Positions 7,694 to 16,374 of a DNA stretch of 64,000 bases are shown here, piece after piece (positions within the stretch are counted from its first letter, which is position 1; each line of letters begins with the position of its first letter). Made by a program: the position numbers and the translations under genes. The stretch comes from Chloracidobacterium sp. (GTDB taxonomy: Bacteria; Acidobacteriota; Blastocatellia; Pyrinomonadales; Pyrinomonadaceae): assembly GCA_016711345.1 (NCBI GenBank), contig JADJTD010000002.1, forward strand, positions 277 through 64,276. The letters run 5' to 3'. The notes under the pieces are model-generated. The model had not been told where the DNA came from. It made no database searches and saw only the letters and a list, made by a program, of their open reading frames with translations.

Positions 7694-7901
7694 GGATTTT
7701 CTCCTTGATATTGGCTTGATGCGTTTTACGTGCAAGCACGCGGGATTGACGATACAACTTTTCGAGGATGTGTTTGCGGCGAAGCGAAGCCTCCTCAAGC
7801 TTGATTGCTTCGATCAACTCCTCGTCCGTCATCTGTTGGAGAACACCCATCAGACGACGGACAGAAGTCAGTGCTTCAGAGATGCGCCATTCGTTAAGCA
7901 C
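7683..7901 (-). CDS. hypothetical protein
   Basis: 72-aa track ORF. The track start is a GTG overlapping the upstream stop. An internal ATG start is possible. Confidence 0.5.
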   Translation of the reverse strand: MLNEWRISEALTSVRRLMGVLQQMTDEELIEAIKLEEASLRRKHILEKLYRQSRVLARKTHQANIKEKIHGP

Positions 7902-8667
7902 GACGCTTCACAGGTGCCTTCAGCCCAGCCTTGCCACGAGCAGGCTTCGCATCGTTGGCGGCGTTGATAGCTGCGACATCCGGCTCCACCGACAGACGCT
8001 CGATTGCCTCTTGGCGACGGCCACGAACCATCTCGATGAATTCCATGTCTTCAATCGGTTGCGGATCGGAGAACACGCACACATCGTGCTTGGTCGACGG
8101 GTTGCACTCGACGTGAGTGATGACACCGTACGGCGGACGCTGCAGGCCACGAGCCACCGAGCTGACATACGCGCTGAACGGCTTCACAGCAGTGGGCGAG
8201 ATGTCGAGGATGGCGAACGGAGTGTCGGGGCCAGCATCAGCAGGCAGCACGGCCATCAGCAGGCGGTTCTGGCAAGCCTTACCCTTACCCGACGAGCCGA
8301 ACTGGTTTGCCCAGCACTTGTTGCAGTCTTCGCACTGGACATCCGGCGAGTTGGCAGACGGCACCATACCAGTCGGTTCCTGATGGATTGCGAAACAGTT
8401 CGGCGGGACAATGTTGTCCTTCTCGTATGCACCCTCGTAGTACTTGTTGGTGTACACGAAGTCGACGATCACGACATCGAGGAAGTCCAGAATGTCACCG
8501 GACGGCAACGTGAACTGCTTGTTGCTGATCTTGATACGATCACCGCTGACCTTCGTCAAACGACTGCGGAGGTCTTCCATGTCTTGCGCCATCGAGGACA
8601 TCACGTTGGTCGAGACAGCGGTGGATTTTGCTTTTGGTACGGCAGTACTTTTCGGCTTGGTTGCCAT
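7894..8667 (-). CDS. DNA-metabolism protein with Cys motif (possible ssDNA-binding protein)
   Basis: 257 aa. It contains CEDCNKCWANQFGSSGKGKAC and a basic C-terminal tail. It lies between recombination-like genes. The functional call is tentative. Confidence 0.7.
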   Translation of the reverse strand: MATKPKSTAVPKAKSTAVSTNVMSSMAQDMEDLRSRLTKVSGDRIKISNKQFTLPSGDILDFLDVVIVDFVYTNKYYEGAYEKDNIVPPNCFAIHQEPTGMVPSANSPDVQCEDCNKCWANQFGSSGKGKACQNRLLMAVLPADAGPDTPFAILDISPTAVKPFSAYVSSVARGLQRPPYGVITHVECNPSTKHDVCVFSDPQPIEDMEFIEMVRGRRQEAIERLSVEPDVAAINAANDAKPARGKAGLKAPVKRRA

Positions 8668-8679
8668 GGTGATGCTCCT

Positions 8680-9063
8680 TTACTTCAGTGATGTCAGATT
8701 GAGTCCGACTTTGGTGAATGCCTCAAGACCTGGAACCCCGCCTTTTGCTTCTGCGAGTTCCCTGAACGCCGGGTCAGAGATGCGACGTTGAAACAGTTGG
8801 AAGTTGCCGGTCTTCTTGACGAACTTGTAGACCGCATCCCAGTCGACCACGTTGGCCACGACCACACGGGAGATTGAGACAGTGGCTTTCTTACCGGTGG
8901 CCTTGTCCATACCCTCCTTGAGCAGACGGTCTTGGAGCTTGGCCATGAGATCGTTGTAGTCCTTCTCAGCGGCCTTGATCTGCTCACCGAGCTTGCGCTT
9001 CACTTCACGCAGATCGTCGAGCTTGTCGATGACCGTGCCGAGGGGTGGTTCTTTTGTAGCCAT
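8680..9063 (-). CDS. hypothetical protein; architecture reminiscent of Mu Gam-like host-nuclease inhibitor
   Basis: Start at ATG 9063 after AAGGAG. It has an N-terminal coiled coil followed by ...VVDWDAVYKFVKKTGNFQLFQRRIS...VPGLEAF. The resemblance is judged from memory only. Confidence 0.65.
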   Translation of the reverse strand: MATKEPPLGTVIDKLDDLREVKRKLGEQIKAAEKDYNDLMAKLQDRLLKEGMDKATGKKATVSISRVVVANVVDWDAVYKFVKKTGNFQLFQRRISDPAFRELAEAKGGVPGLEAFTKVGLNLTSLK

Positions 9064-9093
9064 TGTTTTCTCCTTGTACGAATCGTATAAGAA

Positions 9094-9132
9094 TCTGATA
9101 CAGATTGTATCAGAGTGATTTAGAGTGCGCAA
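9094..9132 (-). promoter_or_regulatory. CTCTGATA-family promoter/operator candidate
   Basis: Minus strand TTGCGC-N17-TACAAT with TGn (CACTCTGATACAAT). It also forms a perfect 9-bp palindrome, TCTGATACA-GAT-TGTATCAGA (9094..9114). It lies 40 nt upstream of ATG 9063. Confidence 0.5.
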
Positions 9133-9548
9133 TACTTTTTGTCAGAGCGGTATCCGATTTTCTTCTTCGCATGTAGCCGAGCGAGAAGACCTGTTGCTAC
9201 AGCTTCATTGCGACCCATAGCCACTGCGAGGTTCTGCAGTGTATCCGGGCCACCGCGCAGATGCGCCATTACCGCTGCCTCAGTCTCGCCACCGATCTTG
9301 GCGGTAGGGGTGCCGGGGCAGGCGATAAGCTTCGCATCATCCTTCGGAGCAGGGACTTCGACAGTGGGCGAGGGGGTAGTCACTTCCTGCTTGGCCTTGC
9401 CGTCACCGAAGTACTTGAAGACAGCGTTGGTTGCTTCCGACTGTCTGATCTTGAACGCCTTGTAATCCTCGACAGCGTTCAGAAGAATCTCGAACGGTGC
9501 ATCTGTCAGAATATGTAAGAGTCGCTCACGTTGTTTTTCATTGCTCAT
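9120..9548 (-). CDS. hypothetical protein
   Basis: 142-aa track ORF. Its start overlaps the 3' end of the polymerase gene. Confidence 0.7.
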   Translation of the reverse strand: MSNEKQRERLLHILTDAPFEILLNAVEDYKAFKIRQSEATNAVFKYFGDGKAKQEVTTPSPTVEVPAPKDDAKLIACPGTPTAKIGGETEAAVMAHLRGGPDTLQNLAVAMGRNEAVATGLLARLHAKKKIGYRSDKKYCAL

Positions 9549-11484
9549 TTTTCAAAACTCCAATGTCGGCAAGAATGTTATATGTCTCGTCGATGTACCA
9601 CTGACGATTCAGATCAGCAGGTATTGCTGTCGGCAGGATCATACACAGCTTCGCGCCTTCAGTCTTTGGAACCTTGTTGCCAGACTCGACATAGGTAATC
9701 GGAGGCAGTACCCGTGTCGTCATGTACCAGCGAGCGACACGGCCAAAGGGTTCACCGCCTACACCGACAGCGTAAGCATGTGGGCGAGACTTCCGTTTCT
9801 CTTTCTTGTCAGTGGTCTCGCTATACCAGATGTTGTCCTTTGTACCGAAGTCGTTCAGAAGCTTCCAGTCATCGACGATTACTGTGCGAGGATGCTGCAC
9901 ACCACCGGGCTTTTTCACACTGCGAATAGCCAGGAAGTCTTTGAAATTCTTGATCGACCGCGAGTGCTTGGCGATAAATTTCTCAGGCAGCGTGCCGTCG
10001 ATCAGATACTGACGCGTGGCCAATGAGCAGACTTCCATGGTCGGGTTCTTCATCAGACCACTGTCAGCGTACAAACCTTTTGCTTTTACCTTGCCATCGG
10101 TGGTGATCGCGATGTAGTTGTTCACATCCTTCATCGCTACCTTGGCGTAAGGCGTTTCTTCGTAAATGAACTTGGTCCGCTTGGCATTTGCAGCAATCGT
10201 CTTCAACACAGCGTCACGCTTGTTCTTTGGATAACCCACCATGATGCCGTCTGTGTTTGCCGAGAGCACACGAACACCTTTCGTACGCTCCAGGTCGTCA
10301 ATCAGACACAGCAGATTAAGCTGGCCGGTGAGGGTGACAGCGATCAGCAGATCGGGTGAGTAGAACGAGCAGTACGAGCTGCCCAGCTTGCCGAAGGTGC
10401 CGTTAAGAACAATCTTCAGCGAGTTTGCTGTTTTCTTGTCGCCAGCTTCTTTCGCAGCCATACGTGTGTTGTAGATTTCACGGTAGGCTTCAAGGAAGAG
10501 TTCACCTTTGTTCAAACCCAGTCTGGGTGCGTAATCACAGGCCAGCATGATTGATGGGTAATAGGAGGCAACGTCAAAGTCCGAGATGAGATACTCATCG
10601 GTAGCACAGTCATGGAAACAAACGTCATGCTGACTGTGTAGTCCACCCAGTCCATACTTGTACACTCCGTTGTTGATTTGAATAGGCTGCTCCATCCACT
10701 CAGCTTCTATGGGCGAGCCGTTCATGTAGTTGATCTTGAAAGTCTCCTGCTCGGTGTCGAACAAAAGGTCTTTGAGAACGCCAGACTTTGGTTGAATGAA
10801 GGCTGGTGCCTTGTAGGTCACACCACTGGGCATGCGCTGCTTGCCGGAGATCATGCACTTCTTTTTCAGGATCGCTTCGGCAATCTGTGCATCGGACTTG
10901 CTACGCAGATCGAGTCCATACTGCTCAGACATCTCTTCACGAAGCTGCAGCTCTTCCTTGAGCATGTTCATCAGGGCACGTGTGCCACCCAGGTCGTTCA
11001 TGCAGTAGTTCTCGACGACTGGAAGCTGCTTGGGTGTCAGATCAGTATCGTGATGGAAGGGCATGTCGATCAATGATGGATAGTGCATACGCCCCATGTA
11101 AATCTTGAGCGAAGTCATCACCCCTGGAGCCACGTTGATCAAGTCGATATGATCGAAGTCCAGCGGCTGCACCTTGGCGAATGCCAGGGCCTCCCAAGGC
11201 ATCAATTCATTCTCGATGATTTCTTGCGCGATGATCTTCAGATTATCCGCATCATGACCAGCGATGTAGGCAGCGAGTAGGGGGCCATCGAACCGCTCAC
11301 CGTTGAAGCTGATGAAGTTAAGACCCTTTGTGTTGAGAAGCGCTTCGAGATTGGCAGCATGACCTCTCTTGTGCGCCCAGAACGCATGCTGTTCATTGGT
11401 CGTCGTGTTCTCTACACAGACGAGGAAGACAGGTTTTTCTTTGCCGATGACTTCAATGTCAAAGATGCAGTTTTGTTTTTTCAA
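9538..11484 (-). CDS. family-B DNA polymerase with 3'-5' exonuclease domain
   Basis: 648 aa. Exonuclease motifs: FDIEV, FNGERFD, YCMNDL. Polymerase motifs: DVASYYPSIM, KIVLNGTFGKLG, SANTDGI. Confidence 0.9.
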   Translation of the reverse strand: MKKQNCIFDIEVIGKEKPVFLVCVENTTTNEQHAFWAHKRGHAANLEALLNTKGLNFISFNGERFDGPLLAAYIAGHDADNLKIIAQEIIENELMPWEALAFAKVQPLDFDHIDLINVAPGVMTSLKIYMGRMHYPSLIDMPFHHDTDLTPKQLPVVENYCMNDLGGTRALMNMLKEELQLREEMSEQYGLDLRSKSDAQIAEAILKKKCMISGKQRMPSGVTYKAPAFIQPKSGVLKDLLFDTEQETFKINYMNGSPIEAEWMEQPIQINNGVYKYGLGGLHSQHDVCFHDCATDEYLISDFDVASYYPSIMLACDYAPRLGLNKGELFLEAYREIYNTRMAAKEAGDKKTANSLKIVLNGTFGKLGSSYCSFYSPDLLIAVTLTGQLNLLCLIDDLERTKGVRVLSANTDGIMVGYPKNKRDAVLKTIAANAKRTKFIYEETPYAKVAMKDVNNYIAITTDGKVKAKGLYADSGLMKNPTMEVCSLATRQYLIDGTLPEKFIAKHSRSIKNFKDFLAIRSVKKPGGVQHPRTVIVDDWKLLNDFGTKDNIWYSETTDKKEKRKSRPHAYAVGVGGEPFGRVARWYMTTRVLPPITYVESGNKVPKTEGAKLCMILPTAIPADLNRQWYIDETYNILADIGVLKNEQ

Positions 11485-11948
11485 GAATCTTCTCCGATCA
11501 GTGCGAGTACGCCCTCGCAGAAGTCTTTCAGTACAAGATCACCGTCCCAATTGCCCAGTTCTTCAAACGCCTCACGCGCAACGGCCAGCTTGCGCTCGGC
11601 TTCGTTCGCCCGTTTGCATTCTTCTACAGCGGTAGCCATGTTCTCCTTCTGGTCAGCCTTCCACCCAATTATTGCGGCTTCCAGTTCCGCTATACGCTGA
11701 TTCGCATAATCCAGTTCTGTCTTATACATTTCCGGGTGCGTGGTGCCGCAGGTATAAAGGTGCTTCATCCTGAGCTTGGAGATTTCTTCAGCCTGTTCCG
11801 CTATCCGCTTATCCGCCGCTTCAAGGGCGTCGGCGGCTTCTGCTTCCAAGTACATATCGCCGTAACCTTTGCGCAACCGCTGAATCAACTCCGCATTACC
11901 CGGCAACAGATGCGCGTCGCTACCGTCGAATAGTTTGTCCATGGTCAT
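11481..11948 (-). CDS. hypothetical coiled-coil protein
   Basis: Track ORF 11481..11966. The ATG at 11948 (MTMDKLF) follows GGAGG and overlaps (ATGA) the stop of the small ORF upstream. Confidence 0.7.
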   Translation of the reverse strand: MTMDKLFDGSDAHLLPGNAELIQRLRKGYGDMYLEAEAADALEAADKRIAEQAEEISKLRMKHLYTCGTTHPEMYKTELDYANQRIAELEAAIIGWKADQKENMATAVEECKRANEAERKLAVAREAFEELGNWDGDLVLKDFCEGVLALIGEDS

Positions 11949-12070
11949 TTCCAGTACGCCTCCCACATCTTGAAAGCATATTCCACCGGAGGAATCGCAA
12001 ACATAAGCAGCACGCTGGACGAAACGATTACCGCCAGCAGTTTTAGCCAGTCTCGTGTTTCTTTATTCAT
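11945..12070 (-). CDS. small membrane protein (41 aa)
   Basis: My translation is MNKETRDWLKLLAVIVSSSVLLMFAIPPVEYAFKMWEAYWK. It has a GAGG RBS and ATGA coupling to the next gene. Confidence 0.45.
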   Translation of the reverse strand: MNKETRDWLKLLAVIVSSSVLLMFAIPPVEYAFKMWEAYWK

Positions 12071-12177
12071 GTCCAATATCCTCGTAAATAATCAGACACT
12101 CGGCCCGAAAGCCTTGTGCCAGTTGTGTTTCGGTGCGCCGCGTTGTCCAGCGTATACGTCAAAAGTGACGTCTACTT

Positions 12178-12360
12178 CTAGTTAGAGCGCAGCATCTCTA
12201 GCACCTGTTCTTCGGTGTAGAGCTTCGAGTGATACGTGCCGTCAATTGGCGGGTTCGTATCAAAAACAACCTCTTCGTTGTAGTCGCCTGGACCATAGGG
12301 CGTATCGGTGTCTTTCCACGCTTCAACCCACATATATGCTGTTGGTTCTGGTAGGTTCAT
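12178..12360 (-). CDS. hypothetical protein
   Basis: 60-aa track ORF with a GGAGAA RBS. Confidence 0.6.
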   Translation of the reverse strand: MNLPEPTAYMWVEAWKDTDTPYGPGDYNEEVVFDTNPPIDGTYHSKLYTEEQVLEMLRSN

Positions 12361-12462
12361 ACAATTCTCCGATCAAACGCCGCGCTCTAACCCTACGTTC
12401 GAGGCGACGGTTTATAAGCGGCGCTCCGTGGTTACTCTTCTGCGCCGCGCCTCAACTTCACG

Positions 12463-12750
12463 TTAGGCACCATTCATGTACTCGCACACTGCCATCACAA
12501 TGGCTTCCGCGCCGTGCTCCATTCCGCGCCCGCAGTGGTCGCCGGCCCATTCCACCTTGGCGAAGGAACAGCACACCAACCCGTTCCGCGCTGCCGACAC
12601 GTAAATCTGATGCCCAGCGCCTTCACGGTTCATCAACGTCTCCTTCGCCCACTTCGCGGCCTCATAAATGTCGTCGCGGACGTATTCGGGTACTGCCGAG
12701 TAAGCGGCTTGTATTCGCGCTTCCAGTGCTGCATTCGGTTTCATCTTCAC
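12463..12750 (-). CDS. hypothetical protein
   Basis: 95-aa track ORF with a GGGGAG RBS. A GC-rich hairpin (12418..12448) lies downstream. Confidence 0.65.
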   Translation of the reverse strand: MKMKPNAALEARIQAAYSAVPEYVRDDIYEAAKWAKETLMNREGAGHQIYVSAARNGLVCCSFAKVEWAGDHCGRGMEHGAEAIVMAVCEYMNGA

Positions 12751-12800
12751 TCCCCTATGCCTAACATTTGCGTCAACGCGGACGCTCCGCTTCGCTACGC

Positions 12801-12825
12801 GCCGGTTACGCCAGCGTTATGCATC
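12801..12825. repeat. 25-nt intergenic repeat, copy 1 (GCCGGTTACGCCAGCGTTATGCATC)
   Basis: Matches 13095..13119 at 22 of 25 positions. Both copies start at or just after the stop codon of a small minus-strand ORF. Confidence 0.7.
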
Positions 12826-13068
12826 GTGTGCTGTCTGGTCCATCATTACTGTTCGCGCTAGCGATTCGGCCTGTTGCTTCCAGTAGTCGCGTTCTACTAT
12901 CAACCGCGAAACGTCAGCGTCAAGGTAAAGGGTCGTTCCAACTGCATGACGCTCCCAATCCTTTCCGTACCAGTTAAGCCATTTTCGGCGCTTGGTTCCG
13001 CGCACGTCACAAACAGGTTCGGGCATAACATTTACGTCAACCGGACCTTGCGCGATAATCTCGCTCAT
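12817..13068 (-). CDS. hypothetical protein
   Basis: 83-aa track ORF. Confidence 0.65.
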   Translation of the reverse strand: MSEIIAQGPVDVNVMPEPVCDVRGTKRRKWLNWYGKDWERHAVGTTLYLDADVSRLIVERDYWKQQAESLARTVMMDQTAHDA

Positions 13069-13094
13069 TTCTCACACTCTTTCTCCGGCGCAAG

Positions 13095-13119
13095 GCCGGT
13101 TACGCTAGCGTTGGGCATC
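13095..13119. repeat. 25-nt intergenic repeat, copy 2 (GCCGGTTACGCTAGCGTTGGGCATC)
   Basis: See 12801..12825. Confidence 0.7.
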
Positions 13120-13417
13120 ACGTCCTAATGCCATCATGAAGTCGGTGCCCTTCGCCAGTTCCGCAGCATCGCGGGTACTGCAAACCCGTCAGTCCGGAGC
13201 AGTCCGTTGGTGCGTGAACGGCGTTGCACTCAGGGCACATCCACGCATAGCCCCGCCGTGTGAAGTTCTCAAACCGTCCGCAATCCTTCCGGTATTCGTG
13301 CCTGTAGGTGTAGCGGTCGTTGAACACCTTTGCTATCGCAGCCTTCTCGTCGCTGTCTCGGCGCTCGGCGCGTTTCTTCTTCGCCAGCGCCCATGCCTCT
13401 CTCAGAAAATCAATCAT
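13118..13417 (-). CDS. hypothetical protein with Cys pairs (possible zinc ribbon)
   Basis: 99-aa track ORF containing CPEC...CC. Confidence 0.65.
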   Translation of the reverse strand: MIDFLREAWALAKKKRAERRDSDEKAAIAKVFNDRYTYRHEYRKDCGRFENFTRRGYAWMCPECNAVHAPTDCSGLTGLQYPRCCGTGEGHRLHDGIRT

Positions 13418-13938
13418 CGCCTCTCCACTTCTGCCGTGAGGTCAGGTTGTGGGTGGGTGTAGAGTTCAATCTGATTCTTCCATCCCATATTGATGAAACT
13501 GATTGTGGCCCCTAGTGGGATATTTTCCGCCTTACCTTCAATAACGCTGCGGTACATGCCAGCAAGATAAGCAACCGGCTCATCCTTCACCGGCTCTTGC
13601 TTCTCGGCTTGCGCTGGCTTCGATTGCGCAATGTCGGGGTCACAGACCAAACACATTTGACCTTGCTGGCAACTGCATTCTTGCGCTTTCGGTGCTGCTG
13701 CGATCATTGCGTCGTGCAGTTCTTGCGCGGTGCCGTAAGCCCCGCTGTCGTTGCCATACACCGCCTCGATGGCTGGAGTTACGATGCGCGGCACAGCAAC
13801 ACAACCTTCCGGCAGCACTTCGGCTTCGATTGCTCGGGCAAGGTCGTGCATCCACTGTGCCGTTACTCCTATCCAGCCGTCTGGTAGCGATACCGCCCCA
13901 TTCGGGAAACAATCTTCAATTTCTTCAAAACTCAGCAT
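13414..13938 (-). CDS. hypothetical protein
   Basis: 174-aa track ORF with ATGA coupling to the next gene. Confidence 0.7.
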   Translation of the reverse strand: MLSFEEIEDCFPNGAVSLPDGWIGVTAQWMHDLARAIEAEVLPEGCVAVPRIVTPAIEAVYGNDSGAYGTAQELHDAMIAAAPKAQECSCQQGQMCLVCDPDIAQSKPAQAEKQEPVKDEPVAYLAGMYRSVIEGKAENIPLGATISFINMGWKNQIELYTHPQPDLTAEVERR

Positions 13939-14167
13939 TCTGTCTCTCCTCTTCAGTCAGTTCTTTCAGTTCTTTCCACATGTCAGTAACTGCATCACTG
14001 AATGTCGCCTCTTCGCCGTTGTATGGAAGCGTCGAGGAGAAGATCAATTCAATTAATGTTCGCAGCTTTGCATTTTCCTTCTCCAGCGCATCTATTTCAT
14101 CCGCAGCATCGTCTGCAAGAGCGTGGAAAAATCCTTGTTCGCGTATTCTGTCCGAAGTAATGCTCAT
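13925..14167 (-). CDS. hypothetical acidic protein
   Basis: 80-aa track ORF. Confidence 0.6.
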   Translation of the reverse strand: MSITSDRIREQGFFHALADDAADEIDALEKENAKLRTLIELIFSSTLPYNGEEATFSDAVTDMWKELKELTEEERQNAEF

Positions 14168-14169
14168 TC

Positions 14170-14493
14170 TTATTCTCCTCTCGATTTCAACACAGCCGAG
14201 GCTGCACGAAGCACAGCAAGAGCGAGGGATTGGTAGTCGCCTTTCTCAAACGGGATCATCACTTGCAACCCTGCCGGCCCATAGAAAACGACAGACAGCA
14301 GATTAAATCGAATCTCCAACTCCGCAGCCTCCGCCACCTTCATCAGATCACCGCGCTCTGGGTCGAGTGGGTTGAATCCATGCAACAGCCCTTGGTTATC
14401 AACTGCAACCGGAGTGCTTCCGCGCCAATCAACCACTTCAAGACCAAGCAGCTTCGCCGCATCCTCGATCGGTTTTTTTATTTCGGTGTTCAT
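14170..14493 (-). CDS. hypothetical protein
   Basis: The track start at 14517 is a GTG. The ATG at 14493 (MNTEIKK) follows GCGGAGAAAACAGA. Confidence 0.65.
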   Translation of the reverse strand: MNTEIKKPIEDAAKLLGLEVVDWRGSTPVAVDNQGLLHGFNPLDPERGDLMKVAEAAELEIRFNLLSVVFYGPAGLQVMIPFEKGDYQSLALAVLRAASAVLKSRGE

Positions 14494-14507
14494 TCTGTTT
14501 TCTCCGC

Positions 14508-14687
14508 TTACTTCCACACGTCAAAGGCTGGTTTTACCAAGTAGTCTTCAGGCCAACGCTTGTACGCTTCTCCGTATCGAGCTTTAAGTGCAACCTCCAT
14601 TCTCTCAACACGGTCGCTGTATCCCCTATTGTTGTTTGCGTCTCTTCGCATTTGAGCATCAGATACCGGATAAATACGTTTGCTCAT
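14508..14687 (-). CDS. hypothetical small protein (59 aa)
   Basis: My translation is MSKRIYPVSDAQMRRDANNNRGYSDRVERMEVALKARYGEAYKRWPEDYLVKPAFDVWK. It has an AAGGAG RBS. Confidence 0.5.
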   Translation of the reverse strand: MSKRIYPVSDAQMRRDANNNRGYSDRVERMEVALKARYGEAYKRWPEDYLVKPAFDVWK

Positions 14688-14848
14688 GGTTGCTTCTCCT
14701 TGTAGGCTATAAACGCAAACTCGCTTTCGAGCGCATTCGCAATTCTTGTCGCCAGCACACCGTCACCACTAAAACCTGTAAAGTCACACCAACGGGCAAT
14801 CTGCGACTCGATCACTGAAATCAAATACTCTTTGTCTTCGTCAGTCAT
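14684..14848 (-). CDS. hypothetical small protein (54 aa)
   Basis: My translation begins MTDEDKEYLISVIESQIARWCDF... It has an AAGGAG RBS and ATGA coupling to 14687. Confidence 0.5.
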   Translation of the reverse strand: MTDEDKEYLISVIESQIARWCDFTGFSGDGVLATRIANALESEFAFIAYKEKQP

Positions 14849-14893
14849 TTCCCGTTCTCCTTCTGCATGGCGAACTCAATATCTAAATCAAGG

Positions 14894-15184
14894 TTAGGAT
14901 GTGCTGCAAAAGCGCGTTCTATCGGTTGATTTGTCCAGTTCAGCCTTGAGCGTTGCGAGTTGTTCTTGCAGTTCTTGACACTTGCCTGCCCACTCAATTG
15001 CTGACAACTTTTCTTTTGTGTGGCCTTCTTTCCAAGCGGCGAGTTCTTCTCGAAGTTTGACTCTTACTTCTACATGGTTATTGTTGGTCGCATATAGAAC
15101 CTTTAGTTCTTCCCTGAGCCTAAGGATTTCATCTGCGCCGCTACCGACTTCTGTCGGGATTTCGTTGATTAGAACGATTGCCAT
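14894..15184 (-). CDS. hypothetical coiled-coil protein
   Basis: Track ORF. The ATG at 15184 overlaps the upstream TGA (TGATG). Confidence 0.6.
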   Translation of the reverse strand: MAIVLINEIPTEVGSGADEILRLREELKVLYATNNNHVEVRVKLREELAAWKEGHTKEKLSAIEWAGKCQELQEQLATLKAELDKSTDRTRFCSTS

Positions 15185-15507
15185 CACGCTTCTCCCTTCT
15201 CGATGCGCTGTGCGATAAAAGTTTCAATAGCTGCCTCACCGAGATGGTCAAACACGTCTTGATCCATGTACCAGTTATACAGTTCCCGAACCGCATCAGC
15301 CCGTACCTTGTTCAGCACTTCCGGGCATGGTTGGAGGGCGAGGGCTTTGCTAAAGACAGTCACAAGCACTTTGTCCGGATTATTACGTTCAGCAACTTGA
15401 AGTGCCTCGCGCATCTGCTCAATTACCGCAGCTTGTTGGGCGACGAGGGCTTCGAGTTCCTTGCACTCACGCTTCCAGTCCCGTTTTGCTGGATAACCTT
15501 CCATCAC
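15184..15507 (-). CDS. hypothetical protein
   Basis: 107-aa track ORF with a GGAGAG RBS. Confidence 0.65.
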   Translation of the reverse strand: MMEGYPAKRDWKRECKELEALVAQQAAVIEQMREALQVAERNNPDKVLVTVFSKALALQPCPEVLNKVRADAVRELYNWYMDQDVFDHLGEAAIETFIAQRIEKGEA

Positions 15508-15525
15508 ACTTCTCTCCTATCTGGT

Positions 15526-15580
15526 GCCGGGGTGATCCAATCCGCTACCTCCAGCAACTTCTAAGTAGTGGCACCCCGGC
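15526..15580 (-). other. long-range GC-rich inverted repeat (9-bp stem, 37-nt loop)
   Basis: GCCGGGGTG (15526..15534) pairs with CACCCCGGC (15572..15580). It lies in a 122-nt noncoding gap. Confidence 0.5.
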
Positions 15581-15629
15581 GTTGAAGGGTGGGGCAGGCC
15601 ATAGTTTTCCCGACTGCAGCCTTGGTTGA

Positions 15630-15944
15630 TTAGCCCCGTTGATCTATCCACTGCCAACGATACAGCGGTCTACCGCGTTCGTTCTTGCCTGAGTCGTCAA
15701 GTTCGACAATTCCGGCGGCACGCATACGCTTCAGTATCAGATTTGCGCTGTACTTGTCAGTACCTACAAGCCCTGCCAGTCGGTCGGTATGAAACCAGCC
15801 TTTACCCCGCATAACCTGCTCGTACTTATCGAGCGTCTTTTGTAGAAACCCCGTCGACACTCGCTTGTTCTGCGTAGCAACAGCCCTTGTCACTTCGGGC
15901 TTATGAGTGCTGGCGTAGTGGTGCGCGAGTTGGGTGAAGTTCAT
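15630..15944 (-). CDS. winged-helix DNA-binding protein (putative transcription regulator)
   Basis: 104 aa. The segment ...LAGLVGTDKYSANLILKRMRAAGIVELDD...GRPLYRW resembles a MarR/wHTH recognition helix plus wing. Confidence 0.6.
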   Translation of the reverse strand: MNFTQLAHHYASTHKPEVTRAVATQNKRVSTGFLQKTLDKYEQVMRGKGWFHTDRLAGLVGTDKYSANLILKRMRAAGIVELDDSGKNERGRPLYRWQWIDQRG

Positions 15945-16099
15945 ACCAACACCTTTGGCGCTTGGCTGTACTCGAACTTGCTGCCAACGCTGTGCGCACT
16001 GATACCTCGTTTTTGCAGATATCGTTTGGCGCGTATGAGACTTGCTGATTGTCGACGCGCTTGGCGATGTGCGGCCAGGGGCCAGTAGTTCGGTGGCAT
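15941..16099 (-). CDS. small basic protein (52 aa)
   Basis: My translation is MPPNYWPLAAHRQARRQSASLIRAKRYLQKRGISAHSVGSKFEYSQAPKVLV. It is coupled (ATGA) to the downstream gene, and its ATG lies 2 nt after the upstream stop. Confidence 0.4.
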   Translation of the reverse strand: MPPNYWPLAAHRQARRQSASLIRAKRYLQKRGISAHSVGSKFEYSQAPKVLV

Positions 16100-16101
16100 T
16101 T

Positions 16102-16374
16102 TCATGTCAGTTCTCCCATCATCGCGTCGTCACGCTCACGTTCCCATGCAGCCTCGGCTGCGCATACCAGTTCTTCGTGCTTGTGCTTCTCCGCTTCGTC
16201 ATACATGCGGTCCTGCAGGTACTCGTAGTCTTCCGGGTGCAGGATGTCGCTGACACGAACGCCTTCGAACATAATCTTGGTGATCTCTGCGGACGAAGCG
16301 TACGGCCACTTGTACTGGAAGAAGACTTCGACTTCACCGTCGTTCAGTGCGTGTTTGAATGAGCCTGTAGTCAT
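16102..16374 (-). CDS. hypothetical protein (N-terminus MTTGSFKHALNDGEVEVFF)
   Basis: Start at ATG 16374 after AAGGAAAGGA. The N-terminal motif is duplicated as a relic at 17257..17346. Confidence 0.6.
   Translation of the reverse strand: MTTGSFKHALNDGEVEVFFQYKWPYASSAEITKIMFEGVRVSDILHPEDYEYLQDRMYDEAEKHKHEELVCAAEAAWERERDDAMMGELT

Noticed and set aside
5480-8691. Plus-strand ORFs 5480..6157 and 7768..8691
   Set aside because: They are antisense shadows of the DUF932 gene and the Cys-motif SSB-like gene.
15526-15583. tRNA-like element ending in ACCA
   Set aside because: It is only about 58 nt long. It has no D-arm or T-arm, no anticodon stem, and no GTTCRA-type T-loop.
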